Origin: Gemmatimonas sp.
Lineage (GTDB): Bacteria; Gemmatimonadota; Gemmatimonadetes; Gemmatimonadales; Gemmatimonadaceae
DNA: 64,000 nucleotides
Assembly: GCA_965279375.1 (NCBI GenBank)
Contig: OZ257156.1
Span: forward strand, 4,992,001 to 5,056,000
Direction: 5' to 3'
Under the pieces are notes generated by a model. It made no database searches. It was given only the letters and a program-made list of their open reading frames with translations, and was not told where the DNA came from. The translations under genes were made by a program, and so were the position numbers. Positions 1 to 7,588 of this stretch are shown in pieces (position 1 is the first letter of the stretch; every line of letters begins with the position of its first letter).

Positions 1-1170
1 GAGACCGGCGCCCACACCACCGAAGATCACTTCGCCCAGCTGCATGTTCACGATGGGAACGAGCCCGCCGATCGGTGTGAACGAGTCGTGCATGGAGTTC
101 ACGGCGCCACAGGACGCGTCGGTGGTGATGACGCTATAGAGGGCAGAGTTGGCAATGCCGAATCGCACCTCCTTCCCTTCCATGTTGCCGCCCGGATTGA
201 TCGCCGTCGTAGCAACGTCCACACCGCGTGCTGCGTGAATGGGATTGCCGCGCGCCTCGGCCCAGTACGTTGCGCCGACACCGCCGATGAACAGCGCGAA
301 CATCGCCGCCCACACCGACCAGCCGTGCTTTGTGTTGCCCGTCATCCGGCCAAGCAGATACACGAGCGCCGACGGGATGGCGAAGATCGTGATCATCGAC
401 CAGAAGTTCGACCACGGCGTCGGGTTCTCGAACGGATGCGCCGCGTTGGCGTTGAAGAAGCCGCCGCCGTTGGTACCGATCTGCTTGATGCTCTCCTGGC
501 TGGCGACTGGCCCCATCGCGATCGTCTGCTTGGCGCCTTCGAGCGTGGTGATGTCCAGGTACGGCGTGAAGTTCTGAATCACGCCCTGTTGCACGAGAAT
601 CAGCGCTACGATCAGAGAGAGCGGCAGCAGCACATAGAACGTCCCCCGGGTTATGTCCACCCAGAAGTTCCCGAGACGTCCGCGCGACACTTCACCACGG
701 CGCGCGATACCGCGCACCAACGCGACGGCCACAGCCAGCCCAACCGCTGCCGACGTGAAGTTGTGAAAGGCGAGCTGCGTCATCTGCGAGAAGTACGACA
801 TCGTCGACTCGCCGCTGTAGCTCTGCCAATTGGTGTTCGTGGTGAAGGAGACCGCCGTTTCAAACGCCTGGCGATCGGGAAGCGCCGCGAACCCCTGCGG
901 GTTGAGCGGCAGCAGGTGCTGCAGGCGCAACACCAGATACGTCAGCAGCAGCGAGGCGACACTGAACAGCAGCAGCGACGCGAGATAGCGCGTCCAGTGC
1001 TGGTCCTCCTGTTCATCGATGCCGCACACTTTGTACAGCGGCCGCTCGAGAACGCGGAGCCAGCCGATGCTGCCATCGAAGACGCGGATGATGTACAAGC
1101 CGAGTGGCTTGGCCACTCCGAGGATCACGAGAGAGAAGAGGGCGATTTGCGCCCAGCCATTGGCGGTCAT
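1..1170 (-). CDS. kdpA: K+-transporting ATPase subunit A (3' part runs off the window)
   Basis: Manual translation from ATG at 1170: MTANGWAQIALFSLVILGVAKPLG...RLQHLLPLNPQGF...TAVSFTTNTNWQSYSGE..MSYFSQM; classic KdpA motifs. Absent from the ORF track because it has no stop in the window. Confidence 0.97.
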   Translation of the reverse strand, partial: MTANGWAQIALFSLVILGVAKPLGLYIIRVFDGSIGWLRVLERPLYKVCGIDEQEDQHWTRYLASLLLFSVASLLLTYLVLRLQHLLPLNPQGFAALPDRQAFETAVSFTTNTNWQSYSGESTMSYFSQMTQLAFHNFTSAAVGLAVAVALVRGIARRGEVSRGRLGNFWVDITRGTFYVLLPLSLIVALILVQQGVIQNFTPYLDITTLEGAKQTIAMGPVASQESIKQIGTNGGGFFNANAAHPFENPTPWSNFWSMITIFAIPSALVYLLGRMTGNTKHGWSVWAAMFALFIGGVGATYWAEARGNPIHAARGVDVATTAINPGGNMEGKEVRFGIANSALYSVITTDASCGAVNSMHDSFTPIGGLVPIVNMQLGEVIFGGVGAGL

Positions 1171-1179
1171 GGTCGATCC

Positions 1180-1269
1180 TCAGAATCGCTCTGGGCGAAG
1201 AAGCGAGTACACGAGGTAGCCGACGATCAGCGTGGCGAGTACCAGCGCCACAGTCGATTCGGTATTCAC
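1180..1269 (-). CDS. kdpF: K+-transporting ATPase subunit F (29 aa)
   Basis: GTG start after GAGGAG RBS: MNTESTVALVLATLIVGYLVYSLLRPERF*; typical KdpF ending, directly upstream of kdpA. Confidence 0.93.
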   Translation of the reverse strand: MNTESTVALVLATLIVGYLVYSLLRPERF

Positions 1270-1394
1270 GACGCACGCTCCTCGGTCGCGACATCACCGG
1301 GATTGCGTCTGCCCAGCGCGGCACAGGCCCGCACGTAGCCAAGCATGAGCGCGAAGAACAACAGGGTTCCCACCACGTAGGCGAGATCAAGCAC
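1266..1394 (-). CDS. small single-TM peptide upstream of kdpF (42 aa)
   Basis: GTG start after AGAGGA: MLDLAYVVGTLLFFALMLGYVRACAALGRRNPGDVATEERAS*; its stop overlaps the kdpF start (GTGA). Confidence 0.7.
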   Translation of the reverse strand: MLDLAYVVGTLLFFALMLGYVRACAALGRRNPGDVATEERAS

Positions 1395-1453
1395 GGGAGT
1401 ATCCTCTGCGGAGAACGGGAACTGCTCCACGCAGAGGAGTGTGCGGCCGAGCG

Positions 1454-1504
1454 CGTAAAGACCGCGCAAAGAGGCAGTGGGGCCGGCATAAAGCCGGCAC
1501 AAAG
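1454..1504 (-). promoter_or_regulatory. putative KdpE operator: four CTTTRYG direct repeats in 11-bp phase
   Basis: Plus strand cgtaaag 1454, cgcaaag 1465, cataaag 1487, cacaaag 1498; upstream of the kdpF-kdpA transcript; OmpR/PhoB-family regulators bind such tandem repeats. Confidence 0.7.
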
Positions 1505-1521
1505 ATGTGGAGTTTCCTGCG

Positions 1522-3057
1522 CTAGCTGTTCGACGGGAGGTCGACGGCCGGGAGCTCGAGCGTGAACTGCGCGCCGCCGCCCAGACGTGCGCGATAGGTC
1601 AGCGTCCCGCCCTGCGCGTCGGCAAGTCCACGGGCAATGGAAAGTCCGAGACCGGTGCCTTGCACGTCGGGTGTCGTGCCTTCAGGGCGGTAGAACGCTT
1701 CGAAGATGCGTTCTTCTTCGCCGGCGGGGACACCGGGTCCTTCGTCAGCGACGCTGATGCGCACACGACCGCCGTCGCGTACGGCTGTCACTTCGATGCT
1801 GCTGTGCGCGGGCGCATACTTGGCGGCGTTTTCCAGCAGGTTCACGAGAATGCGCAGTGTCTGCGAAAAGTCGCAGCGCGCCGCAAGAACGTCGTCGGAA
1901 AGCGAGACGGCGACCGCGTGCGACGCCAGCGGGCCATGGGCGCGCTGCAATGCGGCACCGATCAGTTCATCCGCGGTGTTGACTGCAAGCACGGGCAGCA
2001 CCGCACCGGCCTGAATTCTCGAGAGCTCCAGCAAGTCGCCGACCATCGCGTCGAGACGATCCACCTCCTTCTCGATGATGGACGCACGCGACACGCTGTT
2101 CCCTTCCGCGGCGATCTCCTGCGCGAGCCCCTTGATGGTCGTCAATGGCGTCCGCAGATCGTGAGAGACCGCGGTAAGCAACGCGCTCCGCAGCGCCTCC
2201 ACGTGACGCTCGGCCTCGGTCCGCTCGAGCGTGGCCACCAAGCGGACGCGTTCGACACCAAGCGCCGCGTAGTACGACAAGGCGTCGAGCAGGCGCGCCC
2301 GATCGGTGGAGAGCAGCAGACCATCGCGGGACGCGACCCGCAGTACACCAACGGGCTGTCCGCGCACGCGAAGCGTTCGCAGCAGCGCACGCACCAGCAG
2401 TGGCTGCGCAATCGTCGGGTCGAGGCGGGTCGTTCCGTCCGGCAGTTCGACCGCGACTTCGGCTCGCCCCGCCATCCACGACACGAGCGAATCAGTAGGC
2501 ACCGACGCCGCGTCGACCGCGCGCACCGCCGTACCGTCGCCCTCGAGCGGAAAAAGTTCACAGCTGTCCGTACCCAGCGCATCTCGAATGACGAGCGCCA
2601 TCGCGTGCAGCGCCGCGGTGGCGTCGGGTGCACTGAGCGCTTCTGCGCCGAGCGTGGCCAGTCGATCCACCTCTTGGGCGCGCCGCATCGCGGTTTCCGC
2701 GGTCGTATTAGCACGAAAGAGCAGCTGTGCCGCGACGACGCTGGTAATGACAAATGCGATGAGCACCAGCCAATCGAGCGGGTCCGCGATGACGAACGTG
2801 TAGTACGGCGGCAGGAACAGGTAGTTGAAGATGAGAAAGGCGACCGCGACGATCATGAGCCCGATCGCGCGTCCTCCCGCCGAGCTGGCGCCTAACACGA
2901 CCAACAGGAACGCGAGCGCGACGTGCGCTTTGTCGAGGCGCTCGCGCACGAGGTACATCGACGCCGCCGTCCCCGTGAGTATCGCCAGCCACGTGAGCCC
3001 GACGCGTGCAGATGCGCGTAGCGAACCGCGGAGTGCGTGGCGCTGGGGAGCGGTCAC
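1522..3057 (-). CDS. kdpD: KdpD-type sensor histidine kinase lacking the N-terminal KdpD/Usp domains
   Basis: 4-TM segment (FNYLFLPPYYTFVIADP), GAF-like region, H-box SHDLRTPL, NLLENAAKY, DEGPG, GTGLGL; GTG start overlaps the kdpE stop. Confidence 0.88.
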   Translation of the reverse strand: MTAPQRHALRGSLRASARVGLTWLAILTGTAASMYLVRERLDKAHVALAFLLVVLGASSAGGRAIGLMIVAVAFLIFNYLFLPPYYTFVIADPLDWLVLIAFVITSVVAAQLLFRANTTAETAMRRAQEVDRLATLGAEALSAPDATAALHAMALVIRDALGTDSCELFPLEGDGTAVRAVDAASVPTDSLVSWMAGRAEVAVELPDGTTRLDPTIAQPLLVRALLRTLRVRGQPVGVLRVASRDGLLLSTDRARLLDALSYYAALGVERVRLVATLERTEAERHVEALRSALLTAVSHDLRTPLTTIKGLAQEIAAEGNSVSRASIIEKEVDRLDAMVGDLLELSRIQAGAVLPVLAVNTADELIGAALQRAHGPLASHAVAVSLSDDVLAARCDFSQTLRILVNLLENAAKYAPAHSSIEVTAVRDGGRVRISVADEGPGVPAGEEERIFEAFYRPEGTTPDVQGTGLGLSIARGLADAQGGTLTYRARLGGGAQFTLELPAVDLPSNS

Positions 3058-3815
3058 GCGGGACGCACCCCGTCCGGCTCGAAGCGATAGCCGACGCCGG
3101 GTTCCGTCTGGATGAAGCGCGGGCGCACCGGATCTTCCTCGATCTTGCGACGCAGATGGCCCACGTAGACACGCAGATACTGCTGCGCGTCGCCTTCGGC
3201 GTTGCCCCACACCGCGCCGAACAGCTGACGATGCGTCATCGTCTGGCGAGGATGCAGCACGAAAGCACGCAGCAATGCGAACTCTGTCGGTGTGAGGTGC
3301 AGCAGCGCTCCCTCCCGTTCCACGCGACGCCGCTGCAAGTCGACCATCGTATCGCCAAATCGTACCACCTGCGGCGCATGCTCCGGCGTCGCGCTGCGTG
3401 CACGGCGCAACTGCGCACGCACGCGCGCAAGAAACTCGACGGTGGAGAACGGCTTGGTCATGTAGTCGTCCGCGCCGGCATCGAGGAGCGCCGCCTTCTC
3501 GGTATCCTCGTGTCGTGCGGAGAGCACCAGAATGGGGGCCATCGACCAGCGACGGATCTCGCGGCACACGTCGAGGCCCGGTCGATCAGGCAGCCCGAGA
3601 TCGAGCACGACGAGCGCCGGCTGCTCCGCGGCGGCCCTATCGATGCCGTCACGCCCCGTCGACGCCTCCACCACCCGCACCCCCGTCCCCGCGGCATCCG
3701 CTCCCATCAGCGACGCGGCCGTCAGCGCGTTGGCGACCAAACGTCGAATCTGCACCTCATCGTCGACAACGAGGATGGTGAGCGATCCGGCGGCGGCTGG
3801 CTGCGTGTCGGGCAC
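3054..3815 (-). CDS. kdpE: OmpR-family response regulator KdpE
   Basis: VVDDE...LDLGLPD...ALLDAGADDYMTKPF receiver; wHTH LTPTEF...YLRVYVGHLRRKIEEDPVRPRFIQTEPGVGYRF; kdp context. Confidence 0.92.
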   Translation of the reverse strand: MPDTQPAAAGSLTILVVDDEVQIRRLVANALTAASLMGADAAGTGVRVVEASTGRDGIDRAAAEQPALVVLDLGLPDRPGLDVCREIRRWSMAPILVLSARHEDTEKAALLDAGADDYMTKPFSTVEFLARVRAQLRRARSATPEHAPQVVRFGDTMVDLQRRRVEREGALLHLTPTEFALLRAFVLHPRQTMTHRQLFGAVWGNAEGDAQQYLRVYVGHLRRKIEEDPVRPRFIQTEPGVGYRFEPDGVRPA

Positions 3816-3855
3816 GGCTGAACGTTAGAGTGGTGCGTCGGGTGGCGACAAGCAA

Positions 3856-3884
3856 TTTTGTGCCGACTTTGTGGCATCTTTGTG
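3856..3884 (+). promoter_or_regulatory. three (T/C)TTTGTG direct repeats, 11-bp period; second KdpE-like box
   Basis: tttgtg at 3857, 3868 and 3879 in the divergent kdpE/DUF1028 intergenic region. Confidence 0.6.
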
Positions 3885-3926
3885 CGACCCTGCACCCGCC
3901 GCTGCCACCGACTCTCCCGGAGCCCC

Positions 3927-4715
3927 ATGTTCTCCCGACTCAAGCGCCTTGCATCCGCGATCATCGCGTGCGCTGTGCTGCCGAGTGCCTCCATGGCGCA
4001 GCAGGCCACCGGCTTCGCGCTCACTTCCCCCCTGCCGTGGCCGCCGGTGGCCACCTTTTCCATTCTCGGCTATGACCCCGCCACCGGTGAAGTCGGTGGT
4101 GCGGTGCAATCGCGCGTGTTCTCGGTCGGCAACGGCGTGCTGTGGGCCGAGGCGGGCGTTGGCGTCGTGGCCACGCAGGCCATCGTCGACGTCAGCTACG
4201 GTCCGCAGGCGATTGCGCTCTTGCGTGGCGGCACCAAGCCGGTGGACGTCATCCGACAGGTGTGGGAGAGCGATCCCGATCCGCGTCCCGCCGACTGGAC
4301 CAAGTACGGCCGACAGTTCGCCGTGATCGACGCCAACGGGAACGTGGCGGCCTACACGGGTCCGCGAGCGAGCGACTGGGCCGGCGACCGACAGGGCGCC
4401 AACTGCACGGCGCAGGGCAACATTCTCGCGGGCCCGGAGGTCGTCTCGGCGATGGTCAACGCGTTCGAGCAGACGACGGGGCATCTCTCACTGCGCCTGC
4501 TCGCTGCACTTGAAGCAGGTCAGCGCGCGGGTGGCGACAAGCGTGGCATGCAATCCGCCGCGATGGTCATCGTGAAGAAAGATGCCGGCGTGTGGCTCCA
4601 CAACGACGTCGTACTGAGTCTGCAAGTGGACGACAATCCGGAGCCCATCGTCGAATTGCGCCGCCTGGTGGAGAAGGCCGCGACGATGCGACGGCCCGCA
4701 CGAAGCAATCGGTAG
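3927..4715 (+). CDS. secreted DUF1028 / Ntn-hydrolase-like protein
   Basis: Signal peptide, then TFSILGYDPATGEVGGAVQS, GVGVVATQA, QGNILAG, GGDKRGMQSAA, VDDNPEPIVELRRL. Confidence 0.85.
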   Translation: MFSRLKRLASAIIACAVLPSASMAQQATGFALTSPLPWPPVATFSILGYDPATGEVGGAVQSRVFSVGNGVLWAEAGVGVVATQAIVDVSYGPQAIALLRGGTKPVDVIRQVWESDPDPRPADWTKYGRQFAVIDANGNVAAYTGPRASDWAGDRQGANCTAQGNILAGPEVVSAMVNAFEQTTGHLSLRLLAALEAGQRAGGDKRGMQSAAMVIVKKDAGVWLHNDVVLSLQVDDNPEPIVELRRLVEKAATMRRPARSNR

Positions 4716-4741
4716 ACACCGCGCCGCTCGCCGCCCTCGCT

Positions 4742-6763
4742 TCAGGCAACGGAGCGCAGTCGCGTCGGCACGCCGGGGATGCGCGCCAGCAACCACTCGA
4801 ACGCGGTATCGGCAGAGAGTGGACGGGAGAAGAGGAAGCCCTGACCGAGCTGACACCCCAGCAAACGCAGTTGATCGCGCTGCGCGGCTTCCTCGACACC
4901 CTCAGCGACAGTGCGCAGGCCGAGCGTGTCTCCGAGCGCGATGATCGTCCGGGCAAGTGCCGCATCGGATCCACCGCGGGCCACCCCTTCCACGAACGCA
5001 CGATCGATCTTGAGCACATCGACGGGAAACTTCTGAAGGTAGCTCAGGCTTGAGTAGCCCGTCCCGAAGTCGTCGATGGCCAGGCGGACGCCCAGCGTCT
5101 TGAGCGAACGCAAGGTCTCGAGCGTCTCCTCGGTGCGCTGCATGATCACGCTTTCGGTGATCTCCAGCGTGAGGAAGCGCGCATCGGCTCCAGTTCGTCG
5201 CAGCGTTTCAGCGACTTGTTCGACGAAGTCCTCCTCGTAGAGCTGACGACCGGAAATGTTGACGGACACGCTCGGCATCGACTCCGGATGCCCGGACTGG
5301 CGACTCCACGCCTGCTGCCAGCGCACCAGTTGAAGGCACGACTGTTCCAGCACCCACAATCCAAGCGGAACAATCATCCCTGTGTGTTCCGCGAGGGGAA
5401 TGAAATCGATCGGTGAAGTGGCGCCGCGTTCGGAGTGCTGCCAGCGCAGCAGTGCCTCCATCGAACTCACGCCACCGCCATTCAGCTCGACGATGGGCTG
5501 ATAGACGATCGAGAACCCGGCCAACTCAGGGTTCATCGACGCATCGCGCAGGTCGGACTCCAATCGAAGCCGCGCCATGATCGCATCGTACATCGCGGGC
5601 TCGAACACCGCGTGACGGGACTTCCCCGCTTCCTTGGCTTCGTACATCGCAACGTCGGCATTCCGTAACAGCGTATCAGCATCGTCGCCGTGCACCGCGT
5701 GCGCTACGCCGATGCTCGCCGAGAGCAGCATGGTCCGTCCATCGAGGACCAAGGGACCGCGCAGCACCTCGCGAATGCGCTCGACGACCTGCATCGCTTC
5801 ATCGGCGTCCTGCGTCGCTTCCAGCAGCACGGCAAACTCATCGCCACCGAGACGCGCGACCGTGTCGTATGCGCGCGTCGCGCGACGCAATCGCTCAGCG
5901 ACCGACACCAGCATGCGATCACCGGCGGCGTGACCTAGCGTATCGTTCACGCTCTTGAATTCGTCTAGGTCGAGAAAGAGCACCGTCACACGCGCCGTCG
6001 ATCCACCGCGCGCGATCCGTTCGAGCACGTGCACCGCGCGGTTGCGGAACAGCGCCCGATTCGGTAGTCCGGTCAACGAGTCGTGAAAGGCCTCGTGCAC
6101 CAGGCGCGCCTCGAGACGCTTTCGCTCGGTGACGTCGCGGAATACGGTCTGAATCGCTGAGACACCCTGATAGGACATCTGCACCGAAGCAGCTTCCACC
6201 TCGACGACCTCGCCGTCCGGACGCAGTAGGCGATACTCGGTGCGCTCAGCCGACCCGTTCGGTCGGCCGAGCACTCGCGTGCGATCCTCGTGATGGATAA
6301 ACTCCCGCGTCGAGCGACCCTCCAGCGGCGCGGATGACTCCAGCCCGATGAGACGCGCACCAGCCGCATTGACGTACAGCAGCGTGCCGTTCCGGTGGAC
6401 CGCGATCGCTTCCGGAGAAGCCTCGACCAACTCGCGATAGCGTGCCTCGCTGTCGGCCAGCGCCGCCTGTCGCAGTTCCAGTCGCTCGCTGCGCGCCTCC
6501 TCCTCCGCAAGCGTCTGCAGAATGATCGATTGGTTACGCAACGCGAAATGTGCCACGAATGCCGCCGTGACAGCGCTGACCACGATCGTGATGGTGTGCG
6601 AATGCCACGGCGCCAGCGCAGGGAGAAATGCCTCCTTGGTCGCCTCGTACAAAAACATCCAGATCGCCGCGGCGATGAATGCACGCGCCGTCGCAATCCA
6701 GCGTCGCCCCGGATGAACGGAGAATGCGCGGTACGAGGCGGTGACGCGTTGCGAATTGGACAT
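4742..6763 (-). CDS. membrane PAS-GGDEF-EAL diguanylate cyclase/phosphodiesterase
   Basis: 2 TM, PAS, HDSLTGLPNR, RAYD I-site, RLGGDEF, EALLRW, DDFGTGYSS. Confidence 0.95.
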   Translation of the reverse strand: MSNSQRVTASYRAFSVHPGRRWIATARAFIAAAIWMFLYEATKEAFLPALAPWHSHTITIVVSAVTAAFVAHFALRNQSIILQTLAEEEARSERLELRQAALADSEARYRELVEASPEAIAVHRNGTLLYVNAAGARLIGLESSAPLEGRSTREFIHHEDRTRVLGRPNGSAERTEYRLLRPDGEVVEVEAASVQMSYQGVSAIQTVFRDVTERKRLEARLVHEAFHDSLTGLPNRALFRNRAVHVLERIARGGSTARVTVLFLDLDEFKSVNDTLGHAAGDRMLVSVAERLRRATRAYDTVARLGGDEFAVLLEATQDADEAMQVVERIREVLRGPLVLDGRTMLLSASIGVAHAVHGDDADTLLRNADVAMYEAKEAGKSRHAVFEPAMYDAIMARLRLESDLRDASMNPELAGFSIVYQPIVELNGGGVSSMEALLRWQHSERGATSPIDFIPLAEHTGMIVPLGLWVLEQSCLQLVRWQQAWSRQSGHPESMPSVSVNISGRQLYEEDFVEQVAETLRRTGADARFLTLEITESVIMQRTEETLETLRSLKTLGVRLAIDDFGTGYSSLSYLQKFPVDVLKIDRAFVEGVARGGSDAALARTIIALGDTLGLRTVAEGVEEAAQRDQLRLLGCQLGQGFLFSRPLSADTAFEWLLARIPGVPTRLRSVA

Positions 6764-6869
6764 GGCCAGTGTCAGTATCGGCGTCGCCGTGGCCTGACGT
6801 CAGACCGCGTTCAGAGTGTTACTGATCGGTGACGATACCTCTGGCGCATGTCACGAAATGCTATGCGCG

Positions 6870-7460
6870 TCAGTGGCCGTGGTCCGACATCGCCGCGCCC
6901 TGCGCGAGCATCAGATGGTGCGCCGTGTGGTGTTCGCCGTCGGCCATCAGCCCGATGAAGCCGAGACCACGCACCTTGGCGACGGCCCTCGCATCGGAGG
7001 TATCGCGCGCCGTGACACGCATGGTGACGCCGGTCGGCAGCTCCGTGCGCACAATGCGCGGACCGCCGTCGGCCGCCACCATCGTCACGTGCGCGCGCGT
7101 CATGCGCTGAATCGCGGCGATCGTCTCGCCGGTGCCGCGCACCGTAAAGAGCGCGCCTCCGGGAATCACGCTCGTGGTGACGGTGCTGCGCAGCGTGACG
7201 AGGTCCATGTCAACGAGATGCAGCCGCAGCCGCTCGATGTTCACACGCGACCAGTCCGTGGTGCTGTCCGCCTGCAGGATTCGCAGCACCTCAGCGATGG
7301 CGGCAAAGGCGGCCTGACCGCCCTGCGTGGGCACCGGCGCCGCTGCGCGTGGCACCATCCCCGGGGTGTGTACCATCCCGGGCGTGTGCGTCGGCATGGT
7401 CGTCTGTGCTCGCGCCACGGTTGGCGTCGCGATCAGCGCGAGTACGATCAGCAATCGCAT
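6870..7460 (-). CDS. hypothetical secreted His/Met-rich protein
   Basis: Signal peptide MRLLIVLALIATPTVARA, HTPGMV tandem repeat, C-terminal HHTAHHLM...MSDHGH. Confidence 0.7.
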   Translation of the reverse strand: MRLLIVLALIATPTVARAQTTMPTHTPGMVHTPGMVPRAAAPVPTQGGQAAFAAIAEVLRILQADSTTDWSRVNIERLRLHLVDMDLVTLRSTVTTSVIPGGALFTVRGTGETIAAIQRMTRAHVTMVAADGGPRIVRTELPTGVTMRVTARDTSDARAVAKVRGLGFIGLMADGEHHTAHHLMLAQGAAMSDHGH

Positions 7461-7588
7461 GGGCGCGACAGCGGGTCTGTGCATCGACAGCATCGTCAGG
7501 TGGGCAATTGTTCGAAAAACCAACGGGACACCGAAATGTATCGAGCAATTCATCGACGTCGGCGATCCCGAGCGCGTTGGGTACGCAC

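Noticed and set aside
88..1338. 416-aa plus-strand ORF
   Set aside because: Antisense shadow of kdpA/kdpF; R/H-rich with no motifs.
3058..3567. N-terminal extension of the kdpD ORF in the track
   Set aside because: Overlaps kdpE out of frame; GTGA coupling at 3054-3057 gives the likely start.
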